From the human T2T-CHM13v2.0 reference genome, Homo sapiens: a stretch of 64,000 nucleotides of DNA. A model generated the notes under the pieces. That model searched no databases. It was not told the origin of the DNA and worked only from the letters and a program-made list of their open reading frames with translations. This document shows, piece after piece, positions 19,266-43,320 of the stretch. The first letter of the stretch is position 1; every line of letters starts with the position of its first letter. The stretch lies in assembly GCF_009914755.1 (NCBI RefSeq), contig NC_060948.1. The stretch is one strand, 5' to 3'. Position numbers and translations under genes: made by a program.

Positions 19266-20270
19266 TGATAACAAAAGTAACTAAAAAAGAACTCTGGGCC
19301 CCACCTGAGAGATTCATATTCATTTGCTTTATCACAGGGTCATGGAACCTGTCCCAGTATCCTAAAAGCCGCCTCAGTGAGTTAACAAAAGTACTGGTAT
19401 TGAAAGAGATGTCAACATGCTGTGACAAAGAGAAGTCTCCTCTGTGAGGCTGGGAAGTGGGGCCAAATGAGGTTTTTTTTTTTTTTTGAGGAGCTGATTT
19501 AGGACAACTAAAATGGTTGTCAGAGAGCACAAGAATCTAAGGAAGGCTTGAGACCATGAAACTGTGGTGGCCTCAGCTGGTGCTTCTGTGCGCTTTCTCC
19601 TCTCTCAGCATGGTGGAATCAGAAGCAGAGAAGGCAGATGGCGGGATGACTCAAAGTTCGGGTTTTATCAGAGAGGAGGAGTAGGAGGAGAGTGTGTAAG
19701 GCAGATCAAGGAGTGTTATTAAGGGGCTCAGGTCCTAGACCGTGGGCCTAGCAGGTAGGCCATGAGGGTCATGAGGGATGGGGAAGATGCATCGCAAAGG
19801 GCCCTGAGAACCAGGGGAATATGCAACACCAGGGGCCTGGCAGTTCCAGGAGAGTAGAAGGTCTAGCAAGAATGCCCATGCACCTGTGAAGGAGAGAAGC
19901 AAGGCTAGGAGGCTGCAGAGAGTGAATAATTTAGAGGTGAACTTTCTACTGGACAGCAAATCCCTCAATGCCATCCCAATGGAGAACTAAGATAAAAAAT
20001 ACTCTGCCGTGAAAATGCCTTACATGGTCATAATTATGAGTCGTAAAATTCCTTTTTCAGCTGAAAATGACCTGCAGCTTCATTTACCATTTTATGCTTT
20101 GGATGTCATGTTACATCTAGAAGCAATACCCTCTCCCATTGCAAGTCAAAGTAAAACTAGGAAATGTTCAGTGGAAAGGAAAAAAAAAAAAACACAGAAG
20201 ACAAAAAAACAGCAATAAAATAAAGCTGCAAACCCAAAGCACTAGGAAAGGAAAGGGAAAAAAACCTTCA

Positions 20271-23068
<2,798 letters not shown>

Positions 23069-23964
23069 GAAAATGTATAGAATTGTTACCATACCAAAAA
23101 ATTCCCAAAGTGCTTTACTTGCCAGCCACTGGAAGGAAGTAGAAATTCCCACTCAGGTTGTTACTTTTAATTGTCATTCCCTTTATGTTGTTTCCTAAAA
23201 TACCAACAGGCATTCTAGAGATGATTTACCAAGATGGCTTAATGAGGTGTCAGATGAGTACCTGTACCCATGAGCCCCTTTACCTGAGGCCTCCTTATGC
23301 AAATTTGATGGACTCTTCTGAGCCCCACTAGATTAAAAAAACAGACATAATTGGAGCAGCTGGGCTGGAAGCACAGCTGGGCCATCCCCTTAAAGACCAG
23401 ACTCTAGAACCACGTGCTCTTGCTTGCCCCAGGTTTCTCCCCACTGTTGATATTCATAGCTGCAGCCCACCTGGACCTGAGTCTTTTTCAGATGGTCTCC
23501 ACATCAGTGCTTGTTAGCATTCATGTGCACACAGATCACCTGTGCAACTTGTGAAAATACAGATTCAGACTCAGTGGCTGGGGTGGAGACTCTGGATCAA
23601 TGTGTCTAACAAGCCCCCGGGTGATGCATATGGTCGTCAGATGGTCCTAGTCCCACACTAGGAGGAGCTATTTAGAGCCTGTAAAATAGCTACTCCCCTA
23701 TCCAGTGTTTGAGTCCCAGAATTCTGGATTCTGCCAGCACTCAGATGCTTCTGGGACATGATGCTTCCTGTTCATCTTGGGTCAACACGTCAGAAAGGAT
23801 TTCCTATATTGAGCTGAGATCCGTCTACCTAGGACTCACATTCACATGGCCTACTTCTGGACCTTGGATTTTATGTAGCAGGCTTAAGGCCTTAGAAAGT
23901 GGCTGGAATGTCCCTCAAGTATTTTTTTCAGGCAAAACGTGCCAGGTCCTCTGGCTGTTATTTT

Positions 23965-24460
<496 letters not shown>

Positions 24461-24786
24461 ATAGTCATTTCCTTCTGATCCTGCTCTGTGTGTCTTTAGG
24501 CCTCTCCTCTTGTGATATCTATGCTGCAAAAGTAGCTTGGAACTGTCACCACCTCTCACTTACAGACAGTCTTTATGTGACTCAGGTTGTACTTGCTGTC
24601 AGCCATCATCCTTAATGCCATTTTTACACATGCTGTGGATCAGCCACATTTCTTCCTAGTCAGTAAAAATTATAATAATTATACTTAACACTCATGAGAA
24701 TTAGTATAGTAAGATGGTTAAGAACATAGGCTCTGGAATGAGACTGCCTAGTGGGAAGCACTGTGATTAGTACCATGTGTTATATA

Positions 24787-25353
24787 TCACCATCATCATC
24801 ATCATCATCATCATCATCTTCCATCACCATCACTATCACCACCATCATCATCACCATCACCATCACTATCACCACCATCAGCATCATCATCATCACCATC
24901 ACCACCATCAAGATCATCACATCACCATCAACACCATCACCATCACCATCACCATCACTATCACTACCAGTATTACCATCACCATCATTACCATTGCTAT
25001 AACCATCATACCAAAATCACCATCACCACCATCACCAACATCATCACCATAACCAATCATCACCATCATTTCCACCACCATCATTACCATAATGACGATC
25101 ACCATCACCACCATCACCATCACCACCATCATCACTGTCACCACCATCATCATCACCATCACTGTAACCACCACATCATCATACCATCACCATCATCACT
25201 ATCATCACCATCATCACCACCACCATCATCACCATCACCATAATCACCAGCACCATCACCATCACCCATCACCATCACCACCATCATCTTCATCACCACC
25301 TTCATACCATCACCATTATCACCACCACCACCACCACCATCATCATCACCATA
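24787..25353 (+). repeat. Imperfect (CAC/CAT)n trinucleotide array, ~570 bp
   Basis: Continuous CAT/CAC triplets that generate artefactual poly-His/Thr/Ile ORFs. Confidence 0.95.
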
Positions 25354-26958
25354 AGTAAGCACTTTGCCTACATTAACTGATTTAATTCTCATAATAACGT
25401 CATAATGTTTTACAAGTGAGGAAGTGGGACTTCACAAGATTATGTTTTGTGCTGAGGGTAACATTGACAAGAATCTAAACCTTGGCAGGGTCCTTTGGTT
25501 GATTTTGTTTATGTTGTTGAGCAAAGTGCAAGATGGTATCTGTTCCTGCTATTCATAAATTTCATCTTTTAGTCAGCACTTTACCCTTATTTTACACTAT
25601 CTTTTGGATTCCTGGTTCTGTCATCTCAAATGTTCCTGCTTCTAGCTTCATGCTCTCTGTCATATTGTAAGAAAAATATGTATCTTCACCTAGATCATAC
25701 ACAAGGTCAGAGGCCATGTGGCAACTCCTACAGATTCTGCTCACTGAGGCCAGATGGTGCACATCTCCTGAAGCTCCCTGAGCCTGCAGTCATGTAACCC
25801 ACTCAGAGAAGCCTAGGGAGTGTTCAGGCATGATTTGTATTTGAACATTGCATTTGGTTCCTGGGAAACATATTTCCTCCCTGCTTTCAGGCCTCCATTC
25901 CAGAATATTTTCCAAGATGGACAGCTCCCTCCAAATTTATGTTTGCTGAAATCAATCCTCTGGGCAGGGCCAGATGTGAGGTACAAATAGAAAGCAGGGT
26001 CTGCAGAACACACATCCCAGAGGAGATAATGACCAGTTGATCTCTGTGAATAGTTAAATCTAGAAGACTATCTGTGGGCTTCAGGGCTCCCTGCCTCTGA
26101 ATCCAGCAGTGCAAATGCAAGCCTCTATGGTCCCCCTAAACCATAGGTGGCTGAGTAGCCATGGGGTTGCCAGCATTTCTATAAAGGAAGAGCTCAGGGC
26201 AGCAATCTCATCAGAGGGGAGGCTGGGGCTGGCCTTGAATGTAAATTGTATGTATATTTGGGGCAATTTGCAAGGAGGGGGTGCCCTGTAAGAGATTACA
26301 TGAGCTAAATTCCTCACATAAACCCATTTTGTGCCACTGCTGCTGTGCCAACTGACCAGAAAGCCTGGACTGATTTCTCCCCTCTCTCCTTTCCTTGTTG
26401 TGTTCTCTGACCCTGGGTGATTAATGTAACCTAGCTATGTTCAATTACCCATCCTTGTCACAATGTCAGGATGTCTGCCTCCTGTCCCTGGTGCTCTTCT
26501 TGGATTCCTGTGAGCCATGACAATGGGAGCCTCGCGAATTTGGAGGAGAGTAGTGGGCCCTGGGTCTGCCATCAGTCTGGGCTCCCTAATCACACGATTG
26601 TCACTGGAGCCTGCCTGAGCTCTGAAGTTCCAAAACAAGCTTGCAGGGAACATTCTTCCATCCCAATATATTTCCGTCATGAAATCGTCAAGCAAACCCT
26701 GAATGCTTTCTGTTGGTGCGGTCAGGGAGAAGTGCTGTCCCTCTAATACTAGAGCAGTCAGTGGCCATTTGCTGACTGAGACTAACAGCAGATCTAGAAT
26801 GATTTGGAGAAGGCTGTCTTTGATCTCTTAGAACTGCATGTGGCCCTAGCAGTGTGCATGTTTTTGGGACAGTGGTTCCCCCACAAGCCATGAAAACTGA
26901 AGGGACAGGTGGGGGAGCTCCAGCCAGTAATGGGAAGTGTCTCAAACGTTAGCGAAGT

Positions 26959-27989
26959 TGTTGTGGGAAGTCAGGGACCCCAAATGGAGGGACCAGCTGA
27001 AGCCATGGCAGAAGAACACAGATTGTGAAGATTTCATGGACATTTATTAGTTCCCCAAATTAATACTTTTGTAATTTCTTATACCTGTCTTTACTGCAGT
27101 CTCTAAACATAAATTGTAAAGATTTCATGGACACTTATCACTTCCCCAATCAATACCCTTGTGATTTCCTATGCCTGTCATTATTTTAATCGCTTAATCC
27201 TGTCAGCTGAGGAGGATGTATATCACCTCAGGACCCTGTAATAATTGCATTAACTGCACAAATTGTACAGCATGTGTGTTTGAGCAATATGAAATTTGGG
27301 CACCTTGAAAAAAAGAACAGGATAAGAGCAATGTTCGGTGAGCCGGGTGGAACAGAGCCATATTTCTCTTCTTTCAAAGGCAAATGGGAGAAATAACACT
27401 GAATTCTTTTTCTCAGCAAGGAATATCCCTGAGAAAGAGAATGCGAACCTGGGGGTGGGTCTCTGAACTGGCCCCCCAGGCGTGGACATCTCTTATGGTC
27501 GAGACTGCAGGGAAAAAAATAGACCCCAGTCTCCCATAGTGCTCCCAGGCTCATTAGGAAGAGGAAATTCCTGCCTAATAAATTTTGGTCAGACCGGTTG
27601 ATCTCAAAATCCTGTCTCCTGATAAGATGTTATCAATGACAATGGTGCCCGAATCTTCATTAGCTATTTTAATTTTGCCCCGGTCATGTGGTCCTGTGAT
27701 CTCACCCTGCCTCCTACTTGCCTTGTGATATTCTATTACCTTGTAAAGTACTTGATTTCTGTGACCCACACCTATTCGCACACTCCCTCCCCTTTTGAAA
27801 TTCCCTTATAAAAACTTGCTGGTTTTTGTGGCTTGTGGGATATCACAGAACCTACTGACATGTGATGTCTTCCCTGGATGCCCAGCTTTAAAATTTATTT
27901 TGTACTCTGTCCCTTTATTTCTCAAGCTGGATGAAACTTAAGGAAAATAGAAAAGAACCTACGTGAATATCAGGGCAGATTCCTCGATA
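26959..27989 (+). mobile_element. MER11 solo LTR (HERV-K11/HML-8)
   Basis: Starts TGTTGTGGGAAGTCAGGGACCCC, has the internal duplicated GATTTCATGGACA module, and ends GAACCTACGTGAATATCAGGGCAGATTCCTCGATA. 6-bp TSD CGAAGT/TGAAGT. Confidence 0.9.
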
Positions 27990-28098
27990 TGAAGTGATCT
28001 TGAATCTCTGATATACAGGGGCTGATATGGACACATTATTCTCAAGAAAACAATGGTTTAGGGCATGGTCTCAAGCTCTATCTAGGTTGAAATTTTGT

Positions 28099-30563
<2,465 letters not shown>

Positions 30564-30569
30564 AGAGTT

Positions 30570-30935
30570 CAGGGCTCCCATCTGCTTTTGCAGAATCAGA
30601 AACTGTGATCACTGCAAGGGTTGAGGGGAGGGTGCAGGGGACCGAAGCGGGAGAGCCTAAGGCTGGAGGGACAATAGCTCACCCTGGAATGTTTTCAAAT
30701 TTGGTGGAGATGACTCAGGAAACAAGTTGACTCTGAAAATGTCAACCATCATTCAGTGTTATTGTGTCTTTGAAAGGTGGGCGTTTCCTGGTTTTTCCTC
30801 CACACTCATCAGTATACTTCTAGGAAGTGCCACTTAGTTTCATACAATTTACATGTACCTAGTTTTGCTGCATCTGGAGAGATTCAGGGCAGTTCCTGTT
30901 AATGAGAAGTCCCAGGGTGGAGCTACAATGCACTC
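30570..30935 (-). other. Second, more diverged rDNA IGS-like fragment, paralogous to 1430-1730
   Basis: ACTCAGGAAACAAGTTGACTCTG...TTTGAAAGGTG...TTCCTCCACACTCAT...CATCTGGAGAGATTCAG...AGGGTGGAGCT aligns with ACTCAGGAAACAAGCTGATTCTG...TTTGAAAGGTG...TTCCTCCACACTCAT...CATCTGGGGAGAATCAG...AGGGTGGAACT at 1512-1726. Confidence 0.8.
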
Positions 30936-30940
30936 TCCAT

Positions 30941-31232
30941 TGTGAACCCTAATAACTTGAGACAGGTCTCAGTGAATTTAGAAAGTATATTTGGCCAAGT
31001 TTGGGGACACATGCCTGTGACACAGTTTCAGGAGGTTCTGAGGACGTGTGCCTAAGGTCATCAGAACAGTTTGGTTTTATACATTCTAGGAACACAGGAG
31101 ACATCAATCAATGTGTGCAAGATTAACATTGGTTTGGTCTGCAAAGGCAGGACAATTTGAAGCAAAAGCAGGAATTCTCAAAGTGAGGAGGGGACTTCTG
31201 GGTCATACGTAGTTGAGAAACAAATGGTTTCA
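30941..31232 (-). mobile_element. MER4-family LTR fragment
   Basis: TGAGACAGGTCTCAG..AATTTAGAAAGT..., TTTGGTTTTATACATT, GAGACATCAATCAA are MER4 hallmarks. Confidence 0.8.
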
Positions 31233-32329
31233 ATGACAAAATACTTATGATTGACTGCAGAACTGGAGGCAAAATCTTCATATTTATATTAGTTCTCCTT
31301 GTTCATACTATATCTTTTGGAGGGATTTCAAAAGGCTCAGATGCGCATTGCACATGTGGAAGATTTGTATCAGAGCCGAGCAAACTCAAGATTAAGAAAC
31401 CTCAATCTTTTAGAAGTAGGTTACATGCAAACCTGTCCAACATTTGTCTCAGAGAGAAAACTGTCTTTTTTATATTGGATGAGTAATTTATCTGCCATTC
31501 ACCTGAAAAGAAAAATTACTACCGTTTTCCCAGGCTATTTCTGTACAAAAATCTTTGAAAAATAACCTGGAAAAGGAGAGATATGTGACATAAAAATAGC
31601 AAAACAACAAACTCTAAAAGACTACTGGAGAATTATATCTCAGCAGCATGAATCCTTTCCATTAAATATTACACTAAGCAATCTTCTGATGTAAAAGATC
31701 CATTGAAGATTTTCAACATGAAGACTAACTTTGGTTGTTTTGTGTTGTGAGAATGTTAAAGATTGTAAGAGACAGGAATAAATACCATTACCAAAGACTT
31801 TAGGGACATTAGAGAAAGGAAAGTTGTTGGATATTTTTCTTTTTCCTTTCCTTTTTTTTTTTTTTTTTGAGATGGAGTTTCTCTGTCTCCTAGGCTGGAG
31901 TGCAATGGCACGATCTCAGCTCACTGCAACTTCAACTTCCACAGTTCAGCTGATTCTCCTGTATCATAGCTGGGACTACAGGCTCCTGCCACCCTGCCCA
32001 GCTAATTTTTGTTTTTTTTTTTCAGTAAAGACAGAGTTTCACCATGTTGGCGAGCCTTGTCTGAAACTCCTGATAGCAGGTGATCCACCTGCATTGGCCT
32101 CCCAAAATGCAGGGATTACTGGCATAAACCACTGCGCCACATACCAGAAATGAAAGTTCTATCTGTGAAGTGATGTAATTCTGGCTGGGTGAATGACAGG
32201 TGAGAAGAAATGAAAATAAAACACAATTGAACATATTTAGAATACAGTGAAATTAGTTGGCTTATTGGAAATAGTTAAATGACTACCAATGTAAATAGCA
32301 TATTTATTGTGAATGAATTGCTAATCTAG

Positions 32330-39350
<7,021 letters not shown>

Positions 39351-39389
39351 AATAGAATTAAGGGTCAGGAAATATATCCATACATGTAA

Positions 39390-40177
39390 TTTTTTTTTTT
39401 TTTTTTTTTTTGAGACGGAGTTTCACTCTTGTTGTCCAGACTGGAGTGCAATGGCGTGATATCAACTTATGGCAACCTCCACCTTCTGGGTTCAAGGATT
39501 ATCCTGCCTCAGCCTCCCGAGTAGCTGGGATTACAGGCATGCACCACCATGCCCGGCTAATTTTATATTTTTAGTAGAGACAGGGTTTCACCATGTTGGT
39601 CAGGCTGGTCTGAATTCCCGACCTCAGGTGGTCTGGATGCCATGGCCTCCAAAATTGCTGGGATTACAGGCATGAGCCACCGTGCCCAGCCAACTCTAAC
39701 CAATTCTTGAACTTGGCTTGCTTTCTTGTGTACCTTATAAAAGCCTTTCCTGCATGCTCCTTGGGTGGACTACAAATCACGGCTGGTTGCTTTCCATTTC
39801 ACTAATCACTGTTTGCTCAAATAAACTGGTTAACGTTTTAATATGGATTCCCTTTATTTTTATTTTATTTTATTATTATTTTGAGATGGAGTCTCGCTCT
39901 GTTGCCCAGGCTGGAGTGCAGTGGCATGATCTCGGCTCACTGCAAGCTTCACCTCCCGGGTCATGACATTCTCCTGCCTCAGCCTCCCTAGTAGCTGGGA
40001 ATACAGGCACACTGCCCGGGTAATTTTTTTTGTATTTTTAGTAGAGACGGGGTTTCACCGTGTTACCCAGCATGTTCTTGATCTCCTGACCTCTTGATCT
40101 GTCCACCTCATTGCCCCAAAGTGTTGGGATTATGGGTGTGAGCCTCTGCACCTGGCTGGACTCCCTTTAATTTTTAA
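39390..40177. mobile_element. Two - strand Alus and an ERV1 LTR fragment (39692-40177, split by the second Alu)
   Basis: Alu consensus; the LTR piece has TATAAAAG, TTTGCTCAAATAAACT and ends TTTTTAACA. Confidence 0.7.
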
Positions 40178-40287
40178 CAAGAGAGAATGGGGACCCCTCC
40201 AGCCGCAGCTCCTCCCACGCACACTCCAAGTCGGGTTTCTGCCCTTATGACCCACTCCTATCCCTGAACAATATGAAGAATACTCAG

Positions 40288-40630
40288 TGATTGGACTCCG
40301 GTGAAGACTCCAAGATGGCGATCGCCACCTTGGATACCCTGACTCAACATTTCTGGGTTCACCTTTCCTGTTCCCGCCACCCCGACGAATGTGCATGCCC
40401 ACTAGGGCATGTCACACTCAGAAGTGCAAAACTCAACCGACCCCGCCCCTACTCCACCCACTCCTCACCCAGCATCCATAAAAGCGCGCTGCACCTTTGG
40501 CAAAGCATGACTTCCCTGGCCCTCCCACTGTGGGCCAGTGAACCTCACCCCAGAGCTCAATAAAGATTTTTGCCCTCTTTGTCTCGCCTCTCGGCCTTAT
40601 TGATCCACGGTGTCCTTCCGTTGCCTTTCA
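40288..40630 (+). promoter_or_regulatory. 5' LTR
   Basis: TGATTGG...CCTTTCA; YY1-like CAAGATGGCG, GC box CCCCGCCCC, TATA-like CATAAAA, AATAAA. Confidence 0.92.
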
Positions 40631-40631
40631 T

Positions 40632-40649
40632 TGGTGCCGAAACCCAGGA
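40632..40649 (+). other. Primer binding site, tRNA-Phe
   Basis: TGGTGCCGAAACCCAGGA, one mismatch to the tRNA-Phe complement TGGTGCCGAAACCCGGGA. Confidence 0.92.
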
Positions 40650-41094
40650 GGGGACAGCTCCTAAGCTCCCCCAGAGGCTCAGGGGGACTCCCCTCCTGGT
40701 CGGATCAGGCCTGTCCCTCAGTCAGGTCAGGCTTCTCCTACACGGCCATCCGTTCGTTTAGTCCGGTTACTTGCCGCCAGGTCACAGTTGCTGCAGCTAC
40801 TCCAGTCCAATTTGGCTGACGCGAGGTGAGTACCTCTCCTTTTTCCTTTTGTCCCTTCGTCCCTGGCCGAGAGTCATGTGCATGACCAGGGAGAGTTTCC
40901 TTCCTCAAGGGAAGGCCAGTCCATCACCAGGTGACCCAAGTTTACTTCCCCAGGGGAAGTCCAAATCTGCACTGACGACTCTGAGACGTCTGTGTCTGAA
41001 GTAGCCGATCCGAGGCTCCAGGAACCACGTGGTCTGAGTGAACCCAGAAGGCCGCTTCTGCTGTCCCTCAGACCGCTGCCATAAAGGGAAGAGG

Positions 41095-42276
41095 ATGGGG
41101 TCCACCCAGTCCAAAATCACGCAAAACACCCCCTTAGGGTGCCTCCTGCGCAACCTCCCAACTTTACAACTCGATCAAGATTTAAAACAAAAGCGACTAA
41201 TTTTCTTCTGCACAGTTGCCTGGCCACAATACACCTTAGACAACCAATCTCGCTGGCCCCCTGAAGGCACACTCGACTTCAGTATCCTAAACGACCTCAC
41301 CAATTTTGTCAGAGGTGAGGCAAACAGTCAAAAATCAAATTTGTTCAAAGGTTCTGGGACCTCTGCTCTCGTCGGACAGCTGCCGCCAAGTGTTTTCACT
41401 GGAGCAAGTCCATCTGGCTAGCCTTCCCCTTGAAGTCTGGCCAGCCTCTCTTGCCGTTAATCTTGTCTGTGGCCCCCATCTTAGTCTCTCCGCTGCCATC
41501 TCCTTCTGCACCGCCACCATCTTACTACCTGTTTCCTCACCTCCGCCATCTTACTTCCTTTTTTCTCTGCTGCCATTTTAGTTCTTCTGCCACCATTCAG
41601 CAGCCATTTTAATTCCCGTTCCCATTTGTTCTTTTAACCCTGCCCACCTAACTCCTTGGCTTCCGTCTTATCCCCATTCTTATTTCCACCTCCCCGTAGT
41701 GCCATACCAGTCCACTACATCTACTACTCCTAACACATTAGCTGTGGGCAGTGATATCCGCTAATCCTGGATGAGGCAGTGGAGGGCCCCCAAACCCCTA
41801 TCCAGGACTTAGTAAAGCTGGCGTTCAAAGTTTTTAATTCCTGAGAGGAGGCGGCTGAGGGACAATGACAGGCAAGACTGAAATAAAAAGTTCAGCTCCA
41901 AACCCAAGCCCTGGCAGCTGCCCTGCAACCGGCATTCCCTAAGAGCCCCAGCAGGAGAGGTAGCGGTACAATCTCCCGGGCCCCGTCTGGCACCTGCTTC
42001 AAGTGCTGCAACTCAGGACACTGGGCCAGCTGGTGCCCTAGCCAACAGCAACCATCCTGCCTGCCTTGCAACTGTTTCAAGTGTGGCAATCGAGGTCATT
42101 GGGCAAAACAGTGCCCAAACCCCAAGCCACCAATGTGCCTGTGCCCTAACTGCCAACAAATGGGGCACTGGAGGTCAGACTGCCCCAGCCTCAGAGTGGC
42201 CGCTGTGTCTCCACATGGCGACCCCTCCCCCGATGGCGAAGGTGCCCTCCAGCTCCTCCAACTGGACGACGACTGA
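41095..42276 (+). pseudogene. gag: gag remnant (MA, end of CA, NC with three CCHC knuckles), frameshifted with most of CA deleted
   Basis: MGSTQSKITQNTPLGCLL...AWPQYTLDNQSRWPPEGT; EGPQTPIQDLVKLAFKVFN; knuckles at 41995-42183; TGA at 42274-42276. Confidence 0.9.
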
Positions 42277-43320
42277 AGAGGCCCAGGCTCGGGAACCCCT
42301 CTCACCCTTGCCGAGCCCAGGGTAATGCTTCAGGTAGCGGGTAAGTCCATTTCCTTTTTGCTAGACACAAGGGCTACCTACTCTGTTTTGCCATCTTTTA
42401 GCAGGTCCAGCTGCCCCTCCTCAATCTCTGTTATAAGGATTGATGGCACTCCCTCCACCTACCGCCAGACGCCTTCACTGCCCTGCCGCCTAGACCACTA
42501 TATAACTTTCTTGAACTCATAATCTACCATCCTTCCTTTTATTCCTTACTAAAGCAAATACATCGAGTTATCTTCTTACTTTAGTAAACACTTTCTCAGG
42601 TTAGATTAAAGCCTGCCCTACCACTCATAAAACAGCAGAGGTAGTAGCTTCAACCCTCATTGAACAGATAATCCTGCGATTTGGCCTGCTTTTATCTCCA
42701 AAATAGTCAAACAGGTGGCAACCACACTTGGTGTTAACTAGAAGCTACACATTCCGTACCATCCGCAGTCTTCTGGAACAGTGAACACACCAATGGCCTT
42801 GTGAAAGAACACCTAATCAAATTGGCTCTTGAGACACGCCAATCATGGATAATCTTACTTCCCTTTGCCCTCGCGCGGCTCCAGGCAGCACCCTGAAGCC
42901 CCACAGGCCTTAGCCCCTTTGAACTCCTATACGGGCGCCCCTTCCTCTTTCAAGAGCTCCCTGTGAATACCCCACCTTTTGGCACATACCTGCCCTGCCT
43001 CACCCTGTTAAGGGAGTTGCTAAGAGAACATGCCAACCACAGCCTTCCAAAGCCCGGACGACTCAGCCCAGACAGTCTGGCCTAATAACCCCAGGAGATC
43101 AGGTACTAGTAAAAGACCTCCAGGCAAGAGGTCTCTCCCAACAGTGGAAAGGCCCCTATACGGTAATTCTTACAACACCAGTGGCAGCTAAACTTATAGG
43201 CCTTCCCTCCTGGTACCATATTTCCCATCTTAAGAGGGCACCTACACAACATCAGGCCACTTGGACTGTCACCTCCCTCTCCCCAACCAAACTGAAACTC
43301 TCTAAATCAAATACTGCATG
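42277..43320 (+). pseudogene. pol: pro/pol remnant: protease N-half joined to the integrase core and C-terminus; RT and RNase H absent
   Basis: EPRVMLQVAGKSISFLLDTRATYSVL (DTG mutated to DTR) is in frame after the gag TGA. It is followed by YLLTLVNTFSG*IKACPT, HIPYHPQSSG, GLSPFELLYGRP and WKGPYTVILTTP. No YVDD/LPQG motif seen. Confidence 0.88.

Noticed and set aside
24751-25392. Poly-His/Thr/Ile/Met ORFs
   Set aside because: They are translations of a CAC/CAT simple repeat with no gene context.
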